Assembly: GCA_020137815.1 (NCBI GenBank)
Contig: CM035352.1
Coordinates: 744,001 to 808,000 of the forward strand
Length of the DNA stretch: 64,000 bases
Direction of reading: 5' to 3'
Origin: Hormiphora californensis
Taxonomy: Eukaryota; Animalia; Ctenophora
Below, piece by piece: positions 49,104 through 59,919 of this stretch. The position numbers were made by a program, and so were the translations under genes. The first letter of the stretch is position 1; every line of letters starts with the position of its first letter. Below the pieces are notes generated by a model. The model was not told the origin of the DNA. It made no database searches and saw only the letters and a list, made by a program, of their open reading frames with translations.

Positions 49104-52100
49104 TCTCTCTCCCTCTCTGTTGACTGCACAAGTCCAATCACAAACCCTCGTGAGAAAAAGGAACGTCATGTCAAAGACTTTTAGAGCTAATCGATCTTTC
49201 CTTCAGACTGAGCTAGAAGAACTGAAAAGAAGTGTACAAACAACAGAATCAAAGTGGGGAGACCTTACTAACGGCTTCTCAGAAAAGGTACAACCCTGTC
49301 GTGGGTTTTATGTTTTACTAAAATGTTAAATTATACTACCTGATAGCCCTGTTAGTTGTCGAATTCCTCAGATTAGTGATATTAATGGGATGTTTGAAGG
49401 GCTCAGAGAGTCACAGGACGGGCTGAGGACGGAGCTGCAGAGTGATCTTGAGAAACATACAACCGGAATGGTACGTGTTTCCGCATAACTTATACACCCA
49501 TGATAGTTATAGCCCCCCTCTCTCTCTTTACATTAAACACAGTACTGCAGTTCCTCCCTCCTACTCATACAATGTTTTAATGCTTTAATGACTCAGCTAT
49601 CTTCAGGTAGAGCTGAGGAACTTTAAACAGAAACTGGAGGAAGAGTTCGATAAGTTAAAAGGGAAGTTGAACGACGAGAGAAAGACACACGAAGACGCAC
49701 AAGCATTGCTAACTGATTCACTGGAATCTTGCAGGCAGGAGATATTTAGATTAGGTAAACAAGAAGTCTTCCATCTGTCTCGTCTTATCTGTCAGGCCAA
49801 TACTTTGACCACTGTTCTGACACTTCTGATGTTATACGAAATACGACTTTCAATAGAATTGTTGTCAGTAAATAACAAGCCCCATTACACTTGTGTTCAG
49901 AGGGTGTGTCACAGGAGCTTCAGACGAGCCTCGAAATGAATGACAAACTACAGAGGGATATTGTCACTATAACTGACAAACTGGGGGAGTCACAAAGAAA
50001 GAGTAAAGAAGTCATTTTGGAGCTTCAGAGGCAGATTATTACTTCTGACTCTGAAAAGGTATATATTGTGTCTACTGTTTCAGTACTAAACATGTTGTAG
50101 ATATCGTATTATTACACTGAGCATAAAGTTACCTGGGCGAAGAGAAAGAGAGCGTGTCAGAGTGCTATCAGGGGTTCATTTGACACAGTTCAGACCTGGA
50201 ATCAGTTTACCTCTAACATCTCTCTTATCTGTCTGAGAGGGAGAGAGAGGGAAAGAGGTAGAAAGACAGGGCGAGAAATATAGATATTTCTCGCCCTGTC
50301 TTTCTACACACAGATCTGTGTTGTACTTGTAAATAGGGACGTGTACCCACTCCTCTAATGTTCAACTGACAACTGTTGTTCATCTGTTTATGAGGTATCG
50401 TCAGTCAATCAGTGATAACCACCATGTATTGTCAGAGCCAGTTACAAGATCAGCTAGTTAAACTAGGAAAAGATCTGAATGAGAGCCTTTCAGTGCGGGA
50501 TGAGCTTGCTATCCAGTCATCTGAATTACAGGTACATAACTAAAGTCGGATTTTTTGAAGTTGTCACCCCCCTTTTCGTGCGCGGAATGTTTTTGCGCGT
50601 CACATCACATGTTAACGTGTGGTGTGCGCGTCAAAATTGATAAATTTCACATGCGCGGTCATTTTGGGGTGACAACTTCAAAAAATCCGACTTTAGCTTG
50701 CTATCCATTCATCTGAATTACAGGTACATAACTAGCTTGCTATCCAGTCATCTGAATTACAGGTACATAACTAGCTTGCTATCCAGTCATCTGAATTACA
50801 GGTACATAACTAGCTTGCTATCCAGTCATCTGAATTACAGGTACATAACTAGCTTGCTATCCAGTCATCTGAATTACAGGTACATAACTAGCTTGCTATC
50901 CAGTCATCTGAATTACAGGTACATAACTAGCTTGCTATCCAGTCATCTGAATTACAGGTACATAACTAGCTTGCTATCCAGTCATCTGAATTACAGGTAC
51001 ATAACTAGCTTGCTATCCAGTCATCTGAATTACAGGTACATAACTAGCTTGCTATCCAGTCATCTGAATTACAGGTACATAACTAGCTTGCTATCCAGTC
51101 ATCTGAATTACAGGTACATAACTAGCTTGCTATCCAGTCATCTGAATTACAGGTACATAACTAGCTTGCTATCCAGTCATCTGAATTACAGGTACAAAAC
51201 TAGCTTGCTATCCAGTCATCTGAATTACAGGTACATAACTAGCTTGCTATCCAGTCATCTGAATTACAGGTACTAGAAACTAACCATCCTTTTTAAACCT
51301 CGAATTATATTGTTTCCCGTGTAACAAGATGTGTATTCCCAGGTGCAAATGGAGTCCCAGAGAGAGCTAATTAAAAGTATCCGATGGGAGCACGAGGAGG
51401 ATGTAACGAATTGTAGAGGCTGTGATGTCACTTTCACAATGACAAAACGAAAAGTAAGTACACCACACCTGTGAGTTTGTATGTGGCAGTGTACCTACTG
51501 TGTGTACGTGTGTCAGAATGTACGTCATGTGTATCAATTTGTGTGTCAGTATTTACTCAGTTTGTGTGTACAGTAGTGTGTGTGTGTGTGTACAATATTT
51601 CCTATTCACTATTGCAGAGTCATTGTCGTAAGTGTGGCCGTATTTTCTGTGCTGACTGCTGTAGCCGTACTTTAGAGATGGGAGATATCAAACCACGACT
51701 TTACAAGGTAAAGTGAACAATGCTCATACTCTGTCCTCTCCGCACCGGGCGCGATCTTACAGAGCCTATCAATTCACTCCATCACTTTAATAATCTGCAC
51801 TGGCCCGTTGTGGGTGCAGTTATCAAATGGAAATGAGGGAAAGAGCCTCAGGGAGGGAGCTGTGCTGACAGCACGATCAAGTCTGACTTCTGAGTGCTCG
51901 GTTGAAATCGGTAGATTAAAAGTCATTAGAGTACTCACTGTTGATAAGCCTATAGCAAATTTAATGCATTTACATTGATTTGGAAGCATTTTCAGTAACT
52001 AGTATTATTTGTATTCCTAAACCCTCTCCTTTCCCAGGCGTGTGAGGAGTGCAGTGAGCGACACAAGAACGATCAGCCCACAGAGTATCACACAGTATCT

Positions 52101-52115
52101 GCAGCTCAAAACTGA
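45542..52115 (+). CDS. RABEP1: Rabaptin-5-like Rab effector with C-terminal FYVE domain
   Basis: Exons 45542-45710, 45897-46058, 46163-46257, 46340-46390, 46483-46548, 46671-46778, 46876-47016, 49207-49287, 49372-49470, 49607-49754, 49901-50058, 50436-50531, 51343-51453, 51618-51707, 52038-52115 join in frame. [38 protein letters not shown]; [13 protein letters not shown]...[17 protein letters not shown]...KACEEC. Confidence 0.82.
47469..48541 (-). CDS. Divergent calmodulin-like EF-hand protein nested antisense in a rabaptin intron
   Basis: Exons ~48541-48493, 48391-48248, 48048-47860, 47747-47690, 47497-47469; [50 protein letters not shown]. Confidence 0.85.
50504..51273 (+). repeat. 39-bp tandem repeat of exon end plus 5' splice site (~16 donor copies)
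   Basis: Unit GCTTGCTATCCAGTCATCTGAATTACAG|GTACATAACTA. Confidence 0.95.
50543..50693. mobile_element. MITE (AAGTCGG termini, TA TSD) between donor-repeat units 1 and 2
   Basis: TA|AAGTCGGATTTTTTGAAGTTGTCACCCC...GGGGTGACAACTTCAAAAAATCCGACTT|TA; neighbouring units show the empty site AACTAGC. Confidence 0.88.
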
Positions 52116-52677
52116 AATCTTTAGATAATTTTATCACTCATAAATGGTAAAGATAATAGGATTTTGGAAGACCTCATAATATTTCTTCCTAATAAAGATA
52201 CTGTGATTAATTATTTTCCATGTCTGGACTTCTGTAAATTGATCTATTGATGGACTGGTACAATTGTGTGTTAAAATATTATGGCATCACGTGCACGAAC
52301 AAGAAGTGTGGGATTTGAGTTTAAATTTGATAACTTTTCATTGCAGTTGCACTTCCATTTAATTTCCAAAATGAAAAGTTAGATTTGGATGATTTCGAAT
52401 TTCGTTGATTTCGAATAACACAGAGAATACCATTTACTGTAATATGTTTACTGGCAAGAAATGCAGCGTCACTCTATTTAACGTCTAGATTTACTATGTA
52501 CCCTTTTCTTTGCATTTCGTTTCGTTAAATAGCGAGTAGTATGAAAGTGTTCGACTGCCGCAAAAAGTTAAATAATACACTGCATACCTACGCAGCGCAT
52601 GCAAAATACGCGCGCGGAATTGGAAGTAAAAACAAACGCGTTTGCAAACTTGTTTTTTTAAATTTCTCCCGAGGTTT

Positions 52678-53133
52678 TAAAGTACTCCCCAAACTAAAGT
52701 CGGATTTTTTGAAACTGTCACCCCCCTGGGTATTTTCAAATTTCGTAAATGACCATAAATCCGGTTCCTGACGAGATAGAGACTTGAAATTTGGAGGTTA
52801 CGAAGATCTTGCTAAGTTCTTCCGAACCTCCAAATTTCAAATCTCTATCTTATCAGGAACCGGAGATATGGCAAATTTTGTTATTTCAGGGGGGTGACAG
52901 TTTCAAAAAATCCGACTTTACTATGTCCCTCACTCGGGTTTTGTGAAATTTCCCACGGTCATAATTCCACTCCCTGATGAGATAAAGACTTGAAATTTGT
53001 TTTGTAGGAAGAACTCGACATGATCTCCTCACAAAACAAATTTCAAGTCTCTATCTCATCAGGGGGTGGAGCTATGGCTGTCTAAAATCCGGTCGCGCGC
53101 AGCAAGGGACATAATAGTTTGGGAGGACCTTTA
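52678..53133. mobile_element. Nested palindromic MITEs (AAGTCGG element ~52697-52918 in the left arm of a second element)
   Basis: Inner TIR as at 50543; outer CCCAAACTA[..]CTATGTCCCT / AGGGACATAATAGTTTGGG. Confidence 0.75.
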
Positions 53134-54291
53134 GGTTTGGTGTTTTTCGCGTGCTGCACACTGCTGTTCTTGGAAACCAGGGTAAAGTCTTGTATCGGAG
53201 ACCCTGATTTCGGTGTGTTCTTTCGTTAACATGCTGTAGAGGTTGGGGGGGTCATGTTAATTTGTGTAACAATACAAACTTTTTTTAATCATTAACATCG
53301 ATTAACAAAGCTCAAATAGGCTATTTGTTAATCGATGTTAATCGATGTTAATGATGTGTAACAATACAAACTTTTTCGATGTTAATTAACAAAATTAACA
53401 TGACCACCCCCCCCCCCCCCCCCGGTTGGGGCTAGAGGTCAGGTAGCGGATAGCCTGACTAGAGCAGCTTCCACGCTTGGGTTCAGAGGCAGGGGTCTCA
53501 GGAAGCTCGTAAAGGATACGATGAGAGAGGCTGCTCACTGTTCCATGTGGATCTACTTCGTGTCGGCGAGGAAATAGTGGGAGTACAGGAATGTGGAGTC
53601 GGTGAAGTGGTTGAGACTCGCCCTCACAGTGGAGTGTGTGTTTGAATGGGTTTACCCTTACTGTCATAAACCTGTCAAAGTGGGAGGCAGTGAGGGACCC
53701 CAGTCGACACATTCATTCCGGGCAACTGGGTATAGATCTAACGGTGGTCTCAGATCATCGACATTGCCGGGGCGCCTGACTTAGTACCTTGTGTACCCGT
53801 ACCGAATTAAAGCCCTGAATCGGTGTCAGGTTTACGGCTGATGAGTTCGATCTGAGTCTTGGTTTCGGGCGAGTGTCCACGGCCCGGTTACCATCTTAGT
53901 GGACGGAGGGTCTCGGTATTTCTGCTGTTCCGGATCTCCTTAGCTGAGGTGTGGTTGCTGGTAGTTTTGGGGGTGGTTGGTGTTAGGTGTGGAGGGTGGT
54001 TGGTGTTAGGTGTGGAGGCTGGTGTTGTGGGGGTTTGGTTTCGGTTCCTTGGGATTGGTCTGGCAATGTGTTTCATATTCTCAACTTACTACCCCTTTTG
54101 CTAGTACACACCTGTAAACAGGCTGCAAGGCAGCTAGATTATAATCGCGTCCTGTACCAAGTGCCTTTCACGGCGGATTTCGGAGCAAGTCAAGAAAAGG
54201 TCAGTGAATATTTTTCTCGAACCATCAAATATTCAAATGGCACAACTGTGCAAAAGTGGGTAACGTACATACTCAAATATATTAAACTAGC

Positions 54292-55587
54292 TCACTTTTC
54301 AAGATCATTGTCATTGTCAACAAAAATATGTGAATACTCAAAAAATTCATAATCCATCTCATAAAAATCGTTTATTCTCTCCTGATCTAGTGGAGAAAGT
54401 TGTCCCATAAATTCTTCTATGTTTACATCATTTTCTTTTTCGGTGTTTTCTAGAAAGTATTCCTCGTGATCTGTAAGATCTATTTCTTCAAGTAACATGG
54501 GAATTTCTGACTTGAAGTTTTCTAGTTTAACAATTATGTCAATATCATTTTGGCAGATGTCCAGCCATTCTGATATGGGTCTCCAGTGTACGTTATACGC
54601 CCTTTTATCCCCTTTATCATCTGCATCAATAATAAACCGGACAAACTCAGAGAAAGTGGGTGCAGAAAGAAAGGTGTTGTTAGGCGATTGTTCCGGAGTT
54701 AGTTTCCCATCAATCCATAGATCCAACTCGAGTTCAAACCTCGCTTTCTTTTCATCAGTCCAGCTAGGGTCATTTCGGCCCAAAATGATAGAGGGACGAA
54801 CCCACTGGTCCTTTAGGGCGACAAGTTCACCACGGTCTAATTGAGGCTTCTTGAAGTGGGCAATTAGCCTGGCTAGGGGATGTTTGATTATTGTAAATCT
54901 CAACGAATCATCAGGTTCTTTCGGCATTTGACGATTCTTCAAACCGTTTCCTTTCCTTGCCTTTTCGAGTGGTAGGTAGAACTTGCGTAAGTTAACAATG
55001 TTAAATATATCGCCACTGGTTCGTTTTCTGCCATACTTGTCGATGAAAAACTTTTTCCACAAGGTACTGCTGGCTCCATACAGGGGCATCCAAGTGGCCT
55101 CTAGTTTCGGGAAATAGTACATGTTACTCTGCCGATAATTTGGATTCTTCTCCAGCTCACAAAGATCCTTGATCACTTCGTTTCGCTCTTCGAACTGTTG
55201 CAAGATCTGGAATGGCTCATCAGGAAATACCTGCATCACATCTTCAATGCCCGGCGCTGGCTCGAAATTGTTCTCTGCAGTTTCCACAGCATGGTTCATT
55301 TCCTCTGGAGAAACAATTACTTGACCTTCTTTACTCTCAGCCTTCACTTCCTCCACGATTCCTTGGAAATGATCATTGGGTGGTAATTGGGGTAGCTGAC
55401 CCTGAACAGGGCCACTGACCTCAGCTTTGTAGTCAAGAGATGCTCTATCGACAAAATACCAGTTAAGTGTTTCTTGGTTTGTTATTATCACGTACCAGAG
55501 AGACAGGAACGAGATGACGATGAGGGTGTTCAGGAGTCGATAGAACATCCATCCTCTATAGGGCAGGATTACATAATTCTGGGTCAT
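54292..55587 (-). CDS. Sulfotransfer_2 family (CHST8-14/HNK-1ST-like) type II membrane protein, copy 1
   Basis: N-terminal TM; ASSTLWK, HPLARL, PTFSEFVRFI, HWRP...C, DIIVKLENF, FYEMDYEFFEY; ATG 55587 follows an acceptor AG. Confidence 0.8.
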   Translation of the reverse strand: MTQNYVILPYRGWMFYRLLNTLIVISFLSLWYVIITNQETLNWYFVDRASLDYKAEVSGPVQGQLPQLPPNDHFQGIVEEVKAESKEGQVIVSPEEMNHAVETAENNFEPAPGIEDVMQVFPDEPFQILQQFEERNEVIKDLCELEKNPNYRQSNMYYFPKLEATWMPLYGASSTLWKKFFIDKYGRKRTSGDIFNIVNLRKFYLPLEKARKGNGLKNRQMPKEPDDSLRFTIIKHPLARLIAHFKKPQLDRGELVALKDQWVRPSIILGRNDPSWTDEKKARFELELDLWIDGKLTPEQSPNNTFLSAPTFSEFVRFIIDADDKGDKRAYNVHWRPISEWLDICQNDIDIIVKLENFKSEIPMLLEEIDLTDHEEYFLENTEKENDVNIEEFMGQLSPLDQERINDFYEMDYEFFEYSHIFVDNDNDLEK

Positions 55588-56098
55588 AGCATACAGTTCC
55601 TGATCAATGGAGATTAAAAACTGTGAATAATGTATGCAAAACATGTAGAATACGCAGTGTCAGGGAAAAAAAGGCAACTTCGTACAATGTCTTTCTAGAT
55701 AGTAAGCTAGTTGCTAAGCTTGGCTGAAAACTAACGTGCAGTGGTCGTGTATGATATATGACGTGGAGCCGGCGTGCATGCTTTTCCACGTGATGATCTA
55801 TCCATGAAATTTTTATTTCGGACGAGAAAGAAAGGAAAAGTTAATAGTAAATTTGTTTTCCAAAGTACCAAAATACCTCGTGTTTACCTTGTTTATTTTA
55901 ATAGTACATAAAAAGAAGGAAATTTGCTCAAAATCTGCTGTTTTGACCAGATCCAGTAGGGGCTAGTGAGTACTGAGTAGTCTACTGAGTCACGCATAAT
56001 CCCCCCTCCATAGCTCCACTATGGTACCCAGTATTTCCCTACCCATATAGAATATCAAACACAGGGTTGCGGGCAGTAACTAAATAGGTAAGTAACAA

Positions 56099-56477
56099 TG
56101 TCATACTCAATATATCCTCTATCTACTCCATATCTCAGATAGGATAGCTATATATTATACTACATAACATAACGCCTCTATGGCCTCCATATACATATAG
56201 CTATATAAATATCAATATAGTGGATGACAGGAGGACCGGAGAGCATGGCTAGGTGATAGCTCAGAGATTGGTTGCCTGGAGAAAGGTTAGATGGGTCTCG
56301 AACTGAAGCTCCCGAACAGCCGTTGGCTTCTGCTTATATAGTCTCCTTGGTAACGCAATTACCCCTACATTGCGGGCACGCTAAAACGTGCCTTACTATT
56401 GCAATGCCCTATGTAGACAGAGGGGTAATTTCGTTACCAAATAGTCTCCTGAGGGTTTGTTTTGAGGCGACGTTATA
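56099..56477 (-). mobile_element. Possible solo LTR between the duplicated sulfotransferase units
   Basis: Minus strand TATAACG...ATGACA ends; TATATAAG followed ~25 nt later by TCAGTT; no TSD found. Confidence 0.25.
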
Positions 56478-56639
56478 TATATAATCGGTCCAGGGCGGAG
56501 CAAGTCTGAAGTCAGGAAAAGGTCAGTGAATATTTTTCTCGAACCATCAAATATTCAAATGGCACAACTGTGCAAAAGTAGGTAACGTACATACTCAGAT
56601 ATAATAAACAAGCTCACTTTTCAAGATCATTGTCAACAA

Positions 56640-56960
56640 TAAGAATAATTGCATTATGTTTCATAATGTGAAGGCGGGACAGACATTTCTGATCATTAAT
56701 GAATCACTCAAACCGTATAGAACAAATACTTGTATTTTAGTAGCACTAAATTGCACGCCACATTGCGCGGCTCACATTTCCTGAAAATGTGCCATTGAAG
56801 TATTTGATGAAGGAGCAACACCGTTGTCCCTCGCAACTGAGCGTGTTACAGCCGGTTTTGACACCTCACTAGTATGTAAAATTGTAGAATTCTAAACCCC
56901 TATGCCTTTTTGCAAAAGGCATCTGGGTGAATGCCTTCGGCATTCACCCAGGTGTGGAAA
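56640..56960 (-). mobile_element. Helentron-associated element inserted in the 3' CDS of sulfotransferase copy 2
   Basis: Inserted in a T-run; 5' hairpin CTGGGTGAATGCCGAAGGCATTCACCCAG; 3' palindrome CATTATGAAACATAATG + ATTCTT, matching 62688-63339. Confidence 0.8.
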
Positions 56961-58224
56961 AAATATATGAATACTCAAAAAATTCATAATCCATCTCATA
57001 AAAATCGTTTATTCTCTCCTGATCTCGTGGAGAAAGTTGTCCCATAAATTCTTCTATGTTTACATCATTTTCTTTTTCGGTGTTTTCTAGAAAGTATTCC
57101 TCGTGATCTGTAAGATCTATTTCTTCAAGTAACATGGGAATTTCTGACTTGAAGTTTTCTAGTTTAACAATTATGTCAATATCATTTTGGCAGATGTCCA
57201 GCCATTCTGATATGGGTCTCCAGTGTACGTTATACGCCCTTTTATCCCCTTTATCATCTGCATCAATAATAAACCGGACAAACTCAGAGAAAGTGGGTGC
57301 AGAAAGAAAGGTGTTGTTAGGCGATTGTTCCGGAGTTAGTTTCCCATCAATCCATAGATCCAACTCGAGTTCAAACCTCGCTTTCTTTTCATCAGTCCAG
57401 CTAGGGTCATTTCGGCCCAAAATGATAGAGGGACGAACCCACTGGTCCTTTAGGGCGACAAGTTCACCACGGTCTAATTGGGGCTTCTTGAAGTGGGCAA
57501 TTAGCCTGGCTAGGGGATGTCTGATTATTGTAAATCTCAACGAATCATCAGGTTCTTTCGGCATTTGACGATTCTTCAAACCGTTTCCTTTCCTTGCCTT
57601 TTTGATTGGTAGTAAGAACTTGTGTAAGTTAACAATGTTAAATTTATCGTCACCGGTTCGTTTTCTGCCATACTTGTCGATGAAAAACTTTTTCCACAAG
57701 GTACTGCTGGCTCCATACAGGGGCATCCAAGTGGCCTCTAGTTTCGGGAAATAGTACATGTTACTCTGCCGATAATTTGGATTCTTCTCCAGCTCACAAA
57801 GATCCTTGATCACTTCGTTTCGCTCTTCGAACTGTTGCAAGATCTGGAATGGCTCATCAGGAAATACCTGCATCACATCTTCAATGCCCGGCGCTGGCTC
57901 GAAATTGTTCTCTGCAGTTTCCACAGCATGGTTCATTTCCTCTGGAGAAACAATTACTTGACCTTCTTTACTCTCAGCCTTCACTTCCTCCACGATTCCT
58001 TGGAAATTATCATTGGGTGGTAATTGGGGTAGGTGACCCTGAACAGGGCCACTGACCTCAGCTTTGTAGTCAAGAGATGCTCTATCGACAAAATACCAGT
58101 TAAGTGTTTCTTGGTTTGTTATTATCACGTACCAGAGAGACAGGAACGAGATGACGATGAGGGTGTTCAGGAGTCGATAGAACATCCATCCTCTATAGGG
58201 CAGGATTACATAATTCCGGGTCAT
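56944..58224 (-). CDS. Sulfotransfer_2 family protein, tandem copy 2 with element-derived C-terminus
   Basis: Near-identical to copy 1; ends YIFSTPG* instead of HIFVDNDNDLEK*. Confidence 0.8.
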   Translation of the reverse strand: MTRNYVILPYRGWMFYRLLNTLIVISFLSLWYVIITNQETLNWYFVDRASLDYKAEVSGPVQGHLPQLPPNDNFQGIVEEVKAESKEGQVIVSPEEMNHAVETAENNFEPAPGIEDVMQVFPDEPFQILQQFEERNEVIKDLCELEKNPNYRQSNMYYFPKLEATWMPLYGASSTLWKKFFIDKYGRKRTGDDKFNIVNLHKFLLPIKKARKGNGLKNRQMPKEPDDSLRFTIIRHPLARLIAHFKKPQLDRGELVALKDQWVRPSIILGRNDPSWTDEKKARFELELDLWIDGKLTPEQSPNNTFLSAPTFSEFVRFIIDADDKGDKRAYNVHWRPISEWLDICQNDIDIIVKLENFKSEIPMLLEEIDLTDHEEYFLENTEKENDVNIEEFMGQLSPRDQERINDFYEMDYEFFEYSYIFSTPG

Positions 58225-59017
58225 AGCATACAGTTAGTTCCTGATCAATGGAGATTAAAAACTGTGAATAATGTCTGCAAAACATGTAGAATACGCAGAG
58301 TCGGGGAAAAAAGGCAACTTCGTACAATGTCTTTCTAGATAGTAAGCTAGTTGCTTGGCTGAAAACTAACGTGCAGTGGTCGTGTATGATATTTGAAGTG
58401 GCGCCGGCGTGCATGCTTTTCCACGTGATGATCTATGCATGAAATTTTTATTTCGGACGAGAAAGAAAGGAAAAGTTAATAGTACATAAAAAGAAGGAAG
58501 TTTGCTCAAAATCTGCTATTTTGACCAGATCCAGTAGGGGCTAGTGAGTAGTGTCACTAGGATTAGGATCCCTTGATGATCAATGATTCACAGACAACTC
58601 TTCTACTGAGTCACGCATAATCTAGTCTGACTTCAGCGCTGGTGAGCGTCTCGCCATGATATGCACCGCGTACAGATAGTGAGGTCCCTTGGGGTTTATG
58701 TGTGGTTTCGGAAAAAACGGTTGTTTGTCCTTCACCATTTACCCTTGCTGTGTGGACGGCTACCAGAGGGTAGCTGCAGGGTTCGTAGGGACTACTATAA
58801 CAGTGACAGGCTAGTCATGTAATCGCCGATTAATGGTCTTGTTACTTTTCTAGGATCACCCTTTGGTAGTTTCAGTAATCAGTCGTTTATCGGAAAATGG
58901 AAATAGACGCAAAGTACATTGTATATATTTCATATTTGCCTAGCTACTGTGTTTCGCACGCCCCGCTCGCGAAACACAAATGTAAAGAAGGGTTAGAACA
59001 TAACAAGTATATATATA

Positions 59018-59189
59018 CAGTCGGACCCCGATTTACCGGGATGCTCGGGGGAAAGGGTTTTGCCCGGTAAATCGGGGTGCCCGGTATATCGGGGTGAAAT
59101 ACCGTAAATTTCCTATATCGGGGGAAGTTTACCCTTCCGGTAAATCGGGGTTCCGGTAAATCGGGGCCCGGTAAATCGGGGTCCGACTG
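59018..59189. mobile_element. Tc1/mariner-type MITE with CCGGTAAATCGGGG subrepeats
   Basis: TA|CAGTCGGACCCCGATTTACCGG...CCGGTAAATCGGGGTCCGACTG|TA; end fragment also at ~63848-63878. Confidence 0.88.
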
Positions 59190-59623
59190 TATATATTGTG
59201 GCTTGAATGAACACTGCCAATAATTGTTCAAGCTGGTGAGCTATTAAGGAATTCCAACTTCCAATTCTAGCAAAAAAATTATACGGCTTTTGTGGGGTAA
59301 GCTACTTACCAATTCAAAAAATGCCCAAAAATGGAATAATTATAGTTGTTTGTATCATTTTAACCACTTTATTTAGTAAACGTGTTTTATCTTTAGCTCG
59401 TATGTCAACTTCCCTTCAAAAACTCGCCTCCAGGAAAGGGAGCCGTCGCCTACTGCACTTAACTTAGGTGAGTTCTTTAGACGACGGGGGTAATTAGTGT
59501 AAGCCTGCTAATGGACGTTTGGTTGAGTGCGATCATACCATTCAGCGAATAATACTTGTAACACACACACATACGATTCTTTAGCCTCCCGCCGTGTTCG
59601 TGTTTTGTCAATCAGGTCTGTCA

Positions 59624-59723
<100 letters not shown>

Positions 59724-59919
59724 TCTATCTATCTGTCTCTTTCTCTTTTCCCCTCCCGTGCAATGACCCCTCTCAAGTGGAGCAGTGTCTGCAGCATCAC
59801 TACCATTCGATTCTTGCATGATAACATGCATCACACCAGTTTAAACCACATTTTGTATCATCTATTGTCCTACTGATTGCAAAGAGAGCTAGAGACACCT
59901 AATTTCCGTGTAGTTCAGA

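Noticed and set aside
50698-51276. 192-aa repeat ORF
   Set aside because: Alternative frame of the intronic donor repeat, no ATG start.
53420-54110. Pro/Thr-rich minus-strand ORFs as a gene or retroelement end
   Set aside because: Short, with no recognisable domain or termini.
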